Positions 31,445 through 42,419 of a stretch of 64,000 bases of DNA are shown here, piece by piece. Origin of the DNA: Nitrososphaeraceae archaeon. GTDB lineage: Archaea; Thermoproteota; Nitrososphaeria; Nitrososphaerales; Nitrososphaeraceae. Below the pieces are notes generated by a model. It saw only the letters and a list, made by a program, of their open reading frames with translations, was not told where the DNA came from and did no database searches. The DNA is taken from positions 40,226-104,225 of the forward strand of contig DATFEP010000064.1 in the NCBI GenBank assembly GCA_035250975.1. The letters run 5' to 3'. Within the stretch, counting starts at the first letter, position 1, and each line of letters begins with the position of its first letter. Position numbers and translations under genes: made by a program.

Positions 31445-32620
31445 TTGGTTATATCCAAAATGGACTTAATGAGTAACTTAAAGAATACAGCTGTGAATGA
31501 ATTGTTAGAAAAGCCGATTCTTGCAGATGAAAAAGATTCTATTTCCACGATAATAAACACACTTATCGAAAATAATGCGTACGATGTATTTGTAGGTTTT
31601 TCAGGAAAAATAGTTGGATACAATGTTCGTGATATAATAGGAGTTAGAGATATCGCTTCTTCAAAACTTTCTGCCATTGGAAAGACGATCCCTATTTTAT
31701 CTCCAACTAGTAAAATTTCCGAAGCAGCCAGAATATTGAGTTTGTATAGACGCAGGGCACTCCCAATAGTAGATAAACAAAATATCATAGGTCAAATATC
31801 TGCAAGAAAAATTGTGCAGAAGATAGATGAATATATGAAAAATGAGAAAAATATGAAATTTCCGGCATCATCGATAATGTCAGGAAATCCAATTGTAATA
31901 AGCAGTAAGGATACAGTATCTTCTGCAAGGACAATTATGAGAAGGAGACGGATAGATCATTTGCCAGTAATCAATAATGAAAAGCTCTCTGGGATTATAA
32001 CTTCAACGGATATCATGCAAACAATGTTGCCCTCAGAAAGGATAGGTAGAAAAACAATAGGAGTCGATGCGGGTAAGTCAAGATATGATATGTCCATATC
32101 TGGAATAATTAATAAAGATGTAATAACAGCAGATATCACTGATAAACTTAGAACTGTGACAGATCTAATGACGAACATGAATTCTACTTATTGCATTATG
32201 AAAGTCTCTGATGAAGTTCAAGGCATCATTACTTACAGCGACGTTATTTCCTTACTTCAAGAAGAAGAAAAGTTTGAAACTATTCCTATTTTTCTTATGG
32301 GACTGCCAGATGATCCTTTTGAGGCAGAGCTAGCAAAGTCAAAATTCAAAAATATAGTTCAATACATGAAAAAGATTTATCCAGATATAGAACAAGCAAA
32401 ATGTCGTATCAAAATGAGGGAGACTCCTTCTCCGAGAAAACGATATGAAGTTACGATAAACATTATGTCAACACATTCTACTTACCACTACTCTGACATT
32501 GGTTGGGATCTTAAAAATATTTTTGATCAAATAAGTAATGCTATGAAGAAAAAAGTTGGGCAGAGAAGTAAACGGACACAAAGGAATACTATGAGAAGAG
32601 TGGAGATTCCACAAGAGTAG
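31445..32620 (+). CDS. Four CBS domains fused to a C-terminal HPF/RaiA-like domain
   Basis: RRALPIV, IDHLPVI, GIIT motifs; C-terminal beta-alpha-beta3-alpha pattern (RKRYEVTINI..GWDLKNIFDQI) with a basic tail. Confidence 0.75.
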   Translation: MVISKMDLMSNLKNTAVNELLEKPILADEKDSISTIINTLIENNAYDVFVGFSGKIVGYNVRDIIGVRDIASSKLSAIGKTIPILSPTSKISEAARILSLYRRRALPIVDKQNIIGQISARKIVQKIDEYMKNEKNMKFPASSIMSGNPIVISSKDTVSSARTIMRRRRIDHLPVINNEKLSGIITSTDIMQTMLPSERIGRKTIGVDAGKSRYDMSISGIINKDVITADITDKLRTVTDLMTNMNSTYCIMKVSDEVQGIITYSDVISLLQEEEKFETIPIFLMGLPDDPFEAELAKSKFKNIVQYMKKIYPDIEQAKCRIKMRETPSPRKRYEVTINIMSTHSTYHYSDIGWDLKNIFDQISNAMKKKVGQRSKRTQRNTMRRVEIPQE

Positions 32621-33127
32621 GTACACGCAGACTAGCAAGTTCTACATGAAAATTATGGAATGAGATTGATAGCAGAAAGAACACAGATTTGTACATGATG
32701 AAGCGTAAAATTATAAAATCGTCGTGGAGAATATTTTACTGACTACATGAGGATAGAAGTTGGGATTTTAAGAGCCTAAAACATATCATTCCCTTGATAG
32801 TAAACGCATCAGAATGCAGGCTGTTTTGAGTGTACCAATACACCTTCCTAGGTATTTTCGAAATTCTTGGTCAAGTACAGGATTGAGCTTTAGATCTCAT
32901 TAATTAAAGAGAATTTTCAAGATAAATATATTATACAATGACTATTGATGGCATTTTTGATCATTCTTATCAATTTCATGTCGTAATCCCTGAATTTCTG
33001 TTTTGTTAAATTGTTATGGGTATCTCCATGCATTCGTTTATCAATATTCTTTACGCACTACATTTCTAAATCAAGTCGGAAGAATGTTGAGTTTTTCGTC
33101 AACTGTTTGCATGAATGCCTTGACATT

Positions 33128-33277
33128 TCAAGTACCTAACACAATTCCCATGCCTGTTGCAAATCCAGTGATAATTGTTGTCAGAAAGAATTTTTCAAAG
33201 GTGTTAGCTTTAGCAGGTGAAAATAAACTTTTATCCCTTCTTATCCTTCTTATAGTTGAACTTTTTTTTCTTTTCAC
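33128..33277 (-). CDS. Possible small basic single-TM protein
   Basis: GTG-KRKKSSTIRRIRRDKSLFSPAKANTFEKFFLTTIITGFATGMGIVLGT-stop; the frame stays open for 18 more codons after the TGA. Confidence 0.3.
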   Translation of the reverse strand: MKRKKSSTIRRIRRDKSLFSPAKANTFEKFFLTTIITGFATGMGIVLGT

Positions 33278-33959
33278 TACACTTTTTATATTGTTTTTCA
33301 GAATATTTAATAGCTTTTTTTATTGTTTTTTTAAATTTTAAAAAGTACATGGATCACGGAATGTATCAAATTTATTTATTTAATGAATAAACATGACGAC
33401 GTACAAAAATGTAAATATTAAATAATTTCGTCAATTTCTTACAGGTTTAAATGGAAAATACTGTAAATATTTAATAAACAGCAATATATAAAATTATTGT
33501 TGTCAGAAAATATTAAGACATTGGGTATAAGGTTAACTATAAGACATATGAAAATTTTCCAAGTTATAGACTAGAATCAGGGAATAAAACAAATACAATA
33601 TTAACATAACAAGAAAAAAAGAATAATAAAAATAACCAGGTCCTATATAAACTAATAATGGAACAAAACATTCGCTGGATAGAAAAATTTTGCATATTGC
33701 CTATTAAACACAGAAATAACTAAAAGGGTACATCAGAATATCCCACATTCCAGCATTACTTGTGAATCAAGACATAACAAGCAGATACAGCTGTAACATT
33801 TAATAAAGAATGAAGGTTTATCAGATCGAATTTTACAAAATATCTATTATATTGAAAATATGGTCTATTCTTTTATTTTTGTTTAGGAGTTTGAAAGGAA
33901 AAAGATCTACATTATTAACCTCATTGTCAGATAGAATCTGAACAAGTAGAGAAGAGTAG

Positions 33960-35498
33960 ATGAAATTTAAGGCTAAAATACTCGGTATAGAATCTGGGGG
34001 AAGACCTGTGATCACTTTGAGTAAGGATGATGCCTATGAGCTCGGAATAAGGAGCGGAGAACGGGTTAAACTTTTGTACGAAAATAAAGAAATGATTGTA
34101 ATAGTTAATATTGTTACTAAATCCGTTCCAAAAGGAATTGCAGGGATTTATGATGAGTTGAGAACAATCGGAAACATTAAGGAAAGCAGCGTTCTAGAGA
34201 TAGAGGTAATTGATTTTCCTCAGTCCATTTATTTTATACAAAACAAATTGAAAAAAAGCAAGTTAAATTACAAGGAGATTTTTGAGATAATAAAAGATGT
34301 TGTAAATGGAAATCTAAATGAATTCGAAATTGCAGCTTTCTTGACTGCACTTGATCATCAGGGATTGGATATTGATGAAGCAACTAGCCTCACACTGGCA
34401 ATGGTAGAGACAGGAAAAAAGTTGGAAATAGCAAATAAGCCAATATGTGATAAGCATTCCATCGGCGGAGTCCCTGGAGATAAAACCACGCTTCTGGTAG
34501 TTCCTATAATTGCTGCGGCAGGATTAACTATTCCAAAGACTTCCTCTCGTGCTATAACTTCCGCTAGCGGAACTGCAGATAGGGCTGAAATCCTCATGCC
34601 AGTTAATCTTACGACTGAGCACATGAAAATGGTAATAGAAAAAACTAATGGGTGTATTGTATGGGGAGGATCTCTAGAATTAGCACCTGCAGATGATAAA
34701 TTTATTCAAGTTGAATATCCTCTTTCCATCGATCCTCTGCTACTACCTTCAATCATGGCGAAGAAAAAGGCTGTCGGAGCAAATTATTTGGTATTAGATA
34801 TACCTTCTGGACGTGGAACAAAAGTAAAAACAACTGGTGATGCAGATCTAATGGCTAAAGAGTTCATGGAGCTTGGAAAAAGATTGGAAATAAAAACTCA
34901 ATCAATAATATCATTTGGTGAACAACCCATAGGTAATACCATTGGACCTGCCTTAGAGGCTCGAGAAGCACTAGAAGTACTCCAGGGAAGTAAAGTTCCT
35001 GACCTTATAGACAAAGCAATAAACATTTGTGGTTTGATATTCAGTATGGCTGGTATAGGAGGAAAGAACCTCGCGCTAGATATTTTGAAAAGCGGGAAGG
35101 CGGAGAAAAAAATGAAGGAGATAATATATAGACAAGGCGGTGATTCAGAGGTCCATATTGAGGATATAAAAATTGGAGACCATAAGCTAGAAATTCAAGC
35201 AGTAAATTCAGGAAATGTTCTGTGGTTGGATAACAATATTATTGTTACGATTGCTCGTTTGGCTGGTGCCCCAAAGGACAAGGGAGCTGGAATAATTATT
35301 CATAAAAAGATAGGACAAAAAGTGAAGAAAGATGATAAACTACTTACAATTTATTCGGAAAAGAAAAATAGGATTCATAGCGTAGAAAAAATGCTAACCG
35401 AAATAAAACCAATTCAGGTGGGTAATAGACACGAAATGATAATTCATACGTTTTTAGATATTCCCGAACCTAAAAAAACTTTCATTTTGGAACGTTAG
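33960..35498 (+). CDS. AMP phosphorylase (thymidine phosphorylase family, archaeal long form)
   Basis: N-terminal double-psi barrel extension, DKHSIGGVPGDKT, PKTSSRAITSASGTAD, IGPALEA, AGAPKDKGAG. Confidence 0.92.
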   Translation: MKFKAKILGIESGGRPVITLSKDDAYELGIRSGERVKLLYENKEMIVIVNIVTKSVPKGIAGIYDELRTIGNIKESSVLEIEVIDFPQSIYFIQNKLKKSKLNYKEIFEIIKDVVNGNLNEFEIAAFLTALDHQGLDIDEATSLTLAMVETGKKLEIANKPICDKHSIGGVPGDKTTLLVVPIIAAAGLTIPKTSSRAITSASGTADRAEILMPVNLTTEHMKMVIEKTNGCIVWGGSLELAPADDKFIQVEYPLSIDPLLLPSIMAKKKAVGANYLVLDIPSGRGTKVKTTGDADLMAKEFMELGKRLEIKTQSIISFGEQPIGNTIGPALEAREALEVLQGSKVPDLIDKAINICGLIFSMAGIGGKNLALDILKSGKAEKKMKEIIYRQGGDSEVHIEDIKIGDHKLEIQAVNSGNVLWLDNNIIVTIARLAGAPKDKGAGIIIHKKIGQKVKKDDKLLTIYSEKKNRIHSVEKMLTEIKPIQVGNRHEMIIHTFLDIPEPKKTFILER

Positions 35499-36243
35499 AA
35501 ATCAATTGGGCAGGTATATATTATTTATAGTATTTAAAAGCATTGTTACTTCCAACATTCATGTTTCAAAGTAACCAATCCGAGAGATCCATAAACTCAA
35601 CTCTCATGAATAGGTTTTTGGAGTAAGCTAATAGCATGGTCGAAATAATTCCCGGTATTAATAACAAAGATAATAAAGATAATAAAGAATCGTTATGACG
35701 ATATTTAATGTACATATATCTAGATTGTGTATTCAAACATTGTTCGGCTTGCGACTTCTCATTATCCTCATTATTTTATAAATTGGTTAGATGCCTGGTC
35801 CCACTATTTTTAGTATGATACCTGTAATACACAAGAAGAGATACTAGCTAATAGAAAATGATTAATCTTTTAATTCCTACTCTGTTGCATATTTTTGATA
35901 ATGAAGATAAGAGCTTTACATGAGCAGAATTAGTTACCTTTAGACCCTATCTTTTTTTTTACGTACCTTAAATTAGAAACCGAATAATCTATTATTTTTT
36001 TATAAATGTTAAGATATAACAACTCTACACCAAAAAATATTAGGTTTAAAAAAATTTAAAAGGATGAAAAACATCATGAATATGATACCAAAATAATCCT
36101 TTCCATCTTGTATTTAAAATAGATACTTGGAAACGCCATTAAAGTACATTTAACAAGAATTGACATTGTGCAGTGCAGAGCGTATAGCCTCGATATCAGA
36201 GTAGGATACAAGTAAATAATTAAAATATGATTATTTTTTATAA

Positions 36244-36930
36244 CTATAGATATAAACCTAAAATATATCCAACTGTATATGCAACCATAGCAGCCATTCC
36301 TCCTATCAACAATGTATAAAACCCCGAACTAATAACTGATTTATTCACGATCCTTCCCTTAATTGAGCCTATTATAAAAAAAGATATTCCAGTAAAAATA
36401 ATAGAATAAATCAACGCGGAATTTGTTGATAAGATGGTAACATTCAGAATATATGATATAACGAAAGGAGCTAAAGGAACAAAGCCAAGTAAATTAAATG
36501 CAACAAAAGTTGTAATGGCAGCATCGAGAGGTTTCTTTGTATCATCTATCAATTCCAGTTCTTCTTTCATCATTGTATCTAGCCAAATTTTCCTTCTTGA
36601 AGTAATTATTTTGACAATGTCTTCTAATAGTGCATCTTTGAACCCTTTCTTTTCATAAATTTCTCTTATCTCTTGTTTTTCCTGTTCTGCTAAATTATCT
36701 ATTTCCCACTCTTCTTTTTTTCTTTCTTTTTCAATGTACTCTCTCCTTGTTTTTACAGACAAATAATTACCAATCGACATTGAAAATCCATCAGCGAACA
36801 GATTTGCAAATCCTAAAATGATAATAACGGCAACTGGCAAAGACGCCCCGAAAGCGCCGGTAACTATAGCAAAAGTAGTAACTGCCCCATCAGTAGCACC
36901 GTAAACAAAATCTTCTATAGACCACTTCAC
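36244..36930 (-). CDS. VIT1/CCC1 Fe/Mn transporter
   Basis: VYGATDG, ANLFADGFSMSIGNYLS, Glu-rich loop, MMKEEL. Confidence 0.9.
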   Translation of the reverse strand: MKWSIEDFVYGATDGAVTTFAIVTGAFGASLPVAVIIILGFANLFADGFSMSIGNYLSVKTRREYIEKERKKEEWEIDNLAEQEKQEIREIYEKKGFKDALLEDIVKIITSRRKIWLDTMMKEELELIDDTKKPLDAAITTFVAFNLLGFVPLAPFVISYILNVTILSTNSALIYSIIFTGISFFIIGSIKGRIVNKSVISSGFYTLLIGGMAAMVAYTVGYILGLYL

Positions 36931-37053
36931 ATCTGATAATACATTGAGACATTTAAAAATATTATAATCCCTTTTTGTAAAAATAATGCCTTAAATTTCA
37001 AAATCTATACTAAACATACAAATACCTTTTTCAATTAAATACAAAAAGATTAC

Positions 37054-38526
37054 ATGTCAACTACAAGTCATCAAGGTCTTAATGTAACATCAGAACAATT
37101 AAAGAAAAAAATGGAAACAGAAGAACCATTAATAATTTTTGATATAGGAGATTTTCAAAGATATCAGTCAAAACACATCCCTGGATCTAGTTTTGCTTCC
37201 TGTGATGAAGAGTCTAAGAGAAATATAATGCCACGGTTGCCAAAAGATATCGAGATTGTTTTGGTAGGTGACACGGATGAATATCCAAAAGAAATGGCCA
37301 AAACCATGAATTCGATGGGATTAAAAGCAAAATATCTTGAAGGAGGTTTGCAATCTTGGAAATGGGAAATGTCAAAATCGGAAGAAAAGAACTTGACACC
37401 ACAAGACCTAAAAAAAATCCTCGATGAGAATACTACTGATACTACAAGAGGTAAGGAAATAATACTTTTAGATGTAAGGCAACCCCATGAATTTGAAAGT
37501 TGGCATATTGAAAACAGTCATAATATACCCCTGGAGAAAATTACATCATCTCTAAATTCTTTTGATAAAAAAAGAGAGATAGTTACAATTTGTCCAAGGG
37601 GAAATAAAGCGATGGTAGCAAAAGCGATTCTACAAAGATATGGATTTACAGCAAGGGCATTGGCTGGCGGTTTAAGTGCATGGACATCTGCGATTGAAAA
37701 TCCTTCTACTGAATTTGAAATTATAGATAAAAATGGAAACAAAAAAATGGTAAAAGTTGTTCAAATAAGAAGAATAGGAAAGGGATGTTTATCTTATTTT
37801 TTATCATTTAAAGACGAGTCCATTGTTATAGATCCTGCATTCCCAGTAGAAAATTATACAGAACTTGCTAAGACAAGTGAATCGAAAATTATCAAGATTT
37901 TTGACACCCATCAACACGCAGATCACATATCTGCAGGAAAATCATTGGCTGATAAAACAGGAGCAGAGTATTATGTCAGCGATCTAGAGGAATATTCTCA
38001 AGAAAGCATGGGATCAAATATTAAGAAGATAAAGCAAGGTGATATTGAAAAGATAGACGAGATAGAAATTAAAATATTAAACACCCCTGGACACACAAAT
38101 GGTAGTCTCTGTTTTCTAGTAGGTTCAAAACTTTTGTTTACAGGAGATACTCTCTTTGTTGATGGAATAGGTAGACCCGATCTTAGAGATAAAGCAGTTG
38201 AATATTCAAAATTGCTCTATAACACTCTGCATAACAAGGTCTTGACTTTGGATGAAAATATAGTTGTACTTCCGGCTCATACACAAAAAAGTATTACTTC
38301 AAAAATTTTATTATCAGGATTTTTGAAAGATATAAAAAATAATAATAAAGACTTATTTTTGTTAGGTGAAAAAGAATTTGTAGATACTATTGCGTCACTA
38401 ACAATACCTACTCCCCCCTCGTACAAAGATATAATAGCTATAAATAAATATTTCAAGGCAAAAGATATGGATATTAGCAAGATTAATGAATTAGAATTTG
38501 GTCCTAACAGATGCATTATTAAATGA
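37054..38526 (+). CDS. Rhodanese-rhodanese-MBL (persulfide dioxygenase-like) fusion
   Basis: Two rhodanese domains (second has active-site CPRGNK); THQHADHISA, TPGHT, TGD, PAH; C-terminal GPNRC. Confidence 0.88.
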   Translation: MSTTSHQGLNVTSEQLKKKMETEEPLIIFDIGDFQRYQSKHIPGSSFASCDEESKRNIMPRLPKDIEIVLVGDTDEYPKEMAKTMNSMGLKAKYLEGGLQSWKWEMSKSEEKNLTPQDLKKILDENTTDTTRGKEIILLDVRQPHEFESWHIENSHNIPLEKITSSLNSFDKKREIVTICPRGNKAMVAKAILQRYGFTARALAGGLSAWTSAIENPSTEFEIIDKNGNKKMVKVVQIRRIGKGCLSYFLSFKDESIVIDPAFPVENYTELAKTSESKIIKIFDTHQHADHISAGKSLADKTGAEYYVSDLEEYSQESMGSNIKKIKQGDIEKIDEIEIKILNTPGHTNGSLCFLVGSKLLFTGDTLFVDGIGRPDLRDKAVEYSKLLYNTLHNKVLTLDENIVVLPAHTQKSITSKILLSGFLKDIKNNNKDLFLLGEKEFVDTIASLTIPTPPSYKDIIAINKYFKAKDMDISKINELEFGPNRCIIK

Positions 38527-38544
38527 GGATGTGATAATATACAT

Positions 38545-38943
38545 ATGAAAAATTTTGTTGTTATGTCACTTTGGATGATATTCTTATCGTCATCATTAAC
38601 ATCATTATCATTGATAAATGTAAGTGCTCAGACAGAACCTAAAGTAAATGTCATGTATGAATGCGGAACAATGGACATTAACACTCAATTAAATGTGAAC
38701 GGGTTCGAACCGAATAGTAGTGTGTCTTGGAAAGTTATTACTCCTACCGATGAAACAGGTGCGATATTTGGATACTTTGATACGAATAGCACTGGAGGAT
38801 TCAAAGAATTTACTCATCTATCGGAATTAAAGGACGCAGATTATTCAGTTCAATTCTTTGATGATGCTGATAAGGATGGCCTTCCAGATAAAGGAAAGAA
38901 AATATTTACTGCTAAAATGTCTCCTCCAGTTCCATGTAAATAA
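38545..38943 (+). CDS. Secreted hypothetical protein
   Basis: Signal peptide ending SAQ; beta-rich; DADKDG Ca-loop-like motif. Confidence 0.6.
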   Translation: MKNFVVMSLWMIFLSSSLTSLSLINVSAQTEPKVNVMYECGTMDINTQLNVNGFEPNSSVSWKVITPTDETGAIFGYFDTNSTGGFKEFTHLSELKDADYSVQFFDDADKDGLPDKGKKIFTAKMSPPVPCK

Positions 38944-39374
38944 TCTAGATTAAATGGCTAGAAATTTTTTATTAATTCATCTAGATTTTGTCAAAATTTG
39001 TTTTTTAAAAAGAGATATCAATTATTTCAAAGTTTTTAGAATGAATTAACATAAAAATCTTTATCATAAAATAAATAAATAAATTAAAACAATTGAAAGC
39101 ATCTGAACTGTATAATCGCCAATAAATAAAAAGTGACTGCCGCCAGAAAGGCAACACCTTTGATTAGATTCATTGCTAAAGACATACATCAAATTTGAAG
39201 AATTATCAAAAGAAACTGACACATAGGAAGCATCTAAATTCAAAGGATATAGAAGATACAAAGAAACTATTGACCTTATTTGCTTGAATACCTTACATCA
39301 GCAGCACTTGATTTTTTTCCCCAACAAATTGAAGCCTAGAAGAGATGACAACAAGAGATTTTATTTAGCACATT

Positions 39375-39557
39375 TTATTTTTTCAGATTAGTTGCCGAAA
39401 AGTGATTTGAATGAGTATTAATATGCTCATCACAATAATAATTATTACATTCGGGGCATTGTGATGAAGGTACTTTCGTACATCCTCTCATTGCACATTT
39501 TAATCCATGTAGGGGTCGTCCTCTGGTCTCGTCCCATAAATCAGCTATGGCGCCCAT
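39375..39557 (-). CDS. Small AN1/B-box-like zinc-finger protein
   Basis: C-x4-C-x8-CxxC-x4-CxxH-x3-H; TATA-like box upstream. Confidence 0.6.
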   Translation of the reverse strand: MGAIADLWDETRGRPLHGLKCAMRGCTKVPSSQCPECNNYYCDEHINTHSNHFSATNLKK

Positions 39558-39676
39558 ATAATTAATTAGATACGATGCTATTTAAACAAATTTGAATAAT
39601 AAAGTTAAAACAATTTACGGATCACATATTTTAAAATTTATTAAATTAATTATTTTTTAGGTAAACAATTCTCTTT

Positions 39677-40171
39677 TTATGTAGACAGTTTATTGTTTGA
39701 ATTTATTTCGACATTTATTGTCCAGATCATAAATGGATGGATAGCACATATATAACTATAAACTCCTTCACGTTCGAAGGTATATTCAAATTTGTCTCCC
39801 GGAAATAACATGTTTGAATCAAATAGCGAACTAGGTACTGAAATATTTTTCGAGTAATTTGAATTTATATTAGGATCGTTATCTGAAACCTCGACAGTGT
39901 TAACAGTATGAATTGTGCTATCCTCATTTATCCATTCAACAGTGTCATCAATATGAATATTGGTTGGGTCTGGTATAAAATGTGGAACAGTATCGGTGCC
40001 TGCACCTTGAGGAATAGTTATAATAACTTTTTGATTCATTGCATAAGAACTAGTAAACAAACTGCAAAAAAAGAATAATAATACTAATAAAAGAATAATA
40101 TTATATGTCATAAGGGAGCATTGAGTACTTATTGTATTATTAACATTTCTCCTAATAAGGACCATGAGCAA
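39677..40171 (-). CDS. Plastocyanin-like blue copper protein
   Basis: HTV...CAIHPFM type-1 Cu ligands; signal peptide (true start probably MTYNII). Confidence 0.85.
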   Translation of the reverse strand: MLMVLIRRNVNNTISTQCSLMTYNIILLLVLLFFFCSLFTSSYAMNQKVIITIPQGAGTDTVPHFIPDPTNIHIDDTVEWINEDSTIHTVNTVEVSDNDPNINSNYSKNISVPSSLFDSNMLFPGDKFEYTFEREGVYSYICAIHPFMIWTINVEINSNNKLST

Positions 40172-40453
40172 GAATACACCTCATTAAAAACATCAATTTT
40201 AAAGATAATGACAATTTTATCTCGTAATTTCATTTGACAAATTTTAATTTAAAAAGATAAATAGAATAGTCATAATATCCCATAACAATTAATCAATTCA
40301 TTAATTATTTAATACTCTAACGATATTTGCTGTGAACCCCTGTCAGTGATGTGAGTACACATCCACAACGTCACCATCTTTCTTTTTTCTATTAAAGCAA
40401 CTTCATTTGCAAAATTCATAAAAAAATAGTTATTACAGTCATCCGAAAATAAT

Positions 40454-40921
40454 ATGATAATGGAAGATAGCAAACATATTCCTGCCGTAGAAGATATAAT
40501 GACTCCAATGCCACTAGAAGTAATTAACCTTTCTGACGACGTATATATCGCATCAAAATTAATGAAGGAAAAGCAAATCAGTTCGATCATTGTTACAGAC
40601 GAAGAAAAGCATCCAATTGGCATAATAACTGAACGTGACATAGTAAGACGGGTTGTATGCAATAAGAAAATTGCATCAAATACATCTGTAGACTCAATTA
40701 TGTCAAAACCATTGGTAACCGTTGAATCTAAAGCTAATATTGACGAAGCAGTAGCTATCATGATAAAAAACAAAATTAGGAGACTGCCTATTGTTAAGGA
40801 TGGTCATTTATATGGTATTATAACTACAACCGATTTGATTAGATATATGTTTCAGAAATATGTTACCGATAAGGAAATTTTGAAATCCCTATTAAGGTAT
40901 AAGAAATACTGGGAAGAATAA
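40454..40921 (+). CDS. Stand-alone CBS-pair protein
   Basis: GIITERDIVRRV, IRRLPIV..LYGIIT; paralogue of 4813-5373. Confidence 0.9.
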   Translation: MIMEDSKHIPAVEDIMTPMPLEVINLSDDVYIASKLMKEKQISSIIVTDEEKHPIGIITERDIVRRVVCNKKIASNTSVDSIMSKPLVTVESKANIDEAVAIMIKNKIRRLPIVKDGHLYGIITTTDLIRYMFQKYVTDKEILKSLLRYKKYWEE

Positions 40922-41372
40922 TGAGAATTTAGTAAATTTTAAAACCTTTTTTTGGTGGTGTAGAAATCGATATTGCTATGAATTTCCATGTTACCATAAT
41001 TATTTGCCTAACTCTCAAATTTTGCCCGTCGAAATTGAGAATTTTGTGCAAAATAATATATTAAGAAATAAACCAATAAAATGAATTCCTAATATTCTGT
41101 AATAATTAACAAATAGTATAGTTGTTTTTATGCATATATTTTAGTGGATCTTTTGTAATATCTTAATTGCTTTTTCATTTATTTAAATCAGGTCTTTTAC
41201 CATAAGTTTCTAAATCGAGAAAATAAGTAATAGTGTTTAATATGTAGGCAAACTTTAAATTTAAATTTTCATAATCATAATTTTCTAAAATGAAGAAAAT
41301 GTATTAGAATAATATTAAAAATTGGAGATATTTAATAAGCTTTTTTTATCAAACAAAAAATCCTAAAATAGA

Positions 41373-42419
41373 ATGAGGATCAATACTTGTTTAATGCACG
41401 ATGGATCTTTTTTAATAAAACATTGCAGAATAGTTTCAGTGTTTCTTATATTATTTTCGATGCTTTTGAGTCAGATAATAATTGAAGAGTCATCCGCTGT
41501 TTCAAACCAAGTAGGTATTAAACAGATAACTTTAATTGCATATGAAAAGGTTCTACAAATAGCTCCAGATAATCAGTTCCATCCCGGTGGTATACTATAT
41601 GAGGCGATGACATACAATGGCACTATTCCAGGTCCGACAATTGAATTAAACCAAGGCGACATTTTAAATCTAACTCTAAAGAACGCAGGTGATATAGTTC
41701 ATAGCATTGATTTACACGGTATAAGCGGACCCAGCCAAGCAATATCTGGATCCTTAAAACCTGGTGAGAGTAAAACTTGGCAAATTACGGCTGAAAACCC
41801 AGGAGTTTTTCTTTACCACTGTGATGGTGACAATCTAAATGGCATATGGGAACATATTTCAGGTGGTATGTATGGTGGTTTGGTAATACATCCTCCACAA
41901 GAAAAACCAGCAAAAGAATTTTTTATCGCATTTAACGAAATCTACAATAATAAAGATCTAGGTTTGTTTGTTGGAAATAATAATATAGTCGGATCATTTG
42001 ATTTGACTAAATTCCTAAATAATCAGCCTGATTTGATCCTAACTAATGGGATGGCATTTAAATATTTTTCACTAATGGGAACAATTGTTAAAATACAGTT
42101 AAATGAAAATGCAGATATGTTTAAAGTAAAAACAGGAGAATTAACTAGATGGCATATTATTAACGCAGGCCCCAGAAACGAAATTACTTTTAATTTTGCC
42201 GGCGGAATGATAGATAAAATTAATAATAATTTTAACGGATCAGTTATTAAAAATACAGTTCCTCGAAATTACGAGGTTTCTATTCCACCCGGAGGAGGAA
42301 AAATGATAGAGACAACGTTTCCAGAAGATGGCATCTATTTTGGAAACGATCATGACATGGGAAATTTGTTAAAAGGTGTAGGGTTTATAGTTTCTGCAGA
42401 AAAAAATGAGATGAAGTAA
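41373..42419 (+). CDS. nirK: Two-domain copper nitrite reductase-like multicopper protein
   Basis: TYNGTIPGP, HSIDLH, YHC...EHISGGMYG (T1/T2 Cu ligands), NDHD C-terminal His. Confidence 0.72.
   Translation: MRINTCLMHDGSFLIKHCRIVSVFLILFSMLLSQIIIEESSAVSNQVGIKQITLIAYEKVLQIAPDNQFHPGGILYEAMTYNGTIPGPTIELNQGDILNLTLKNAGDIVHSIDLHGISGPSQAISGSLKPGESKTWQITAENPGVFLYHCDGDNLNGIWEHISGGMYGGLVIHPPQEKPAKEFFIAFNEIYNNKDLGLFVGNNNIVGSFDLTKFLNNQPDLILTNGMAFKYFSLMGTIVKIQLNENADMFKVKTGELTRWHIINAGPRNEITFNFAGGMIDKINNNFNGSVIKNTVPRNYEVSIPPGGGKMIETTFPEDGIYFGNDHDMGNLLKGVGFIVSAEKNEMK

Noticed and set aside
33003-33341. 112-aa plus-strand ORF
   Set aside because: No motifs; the Phe/Leu-rich tail mirrors an A-rich minus-strand frame
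35500-36240. Possible R15P isomerase or RuBisCO remnant after AMP phosphorylase
   Set aside because: No recognisable motif found by eye
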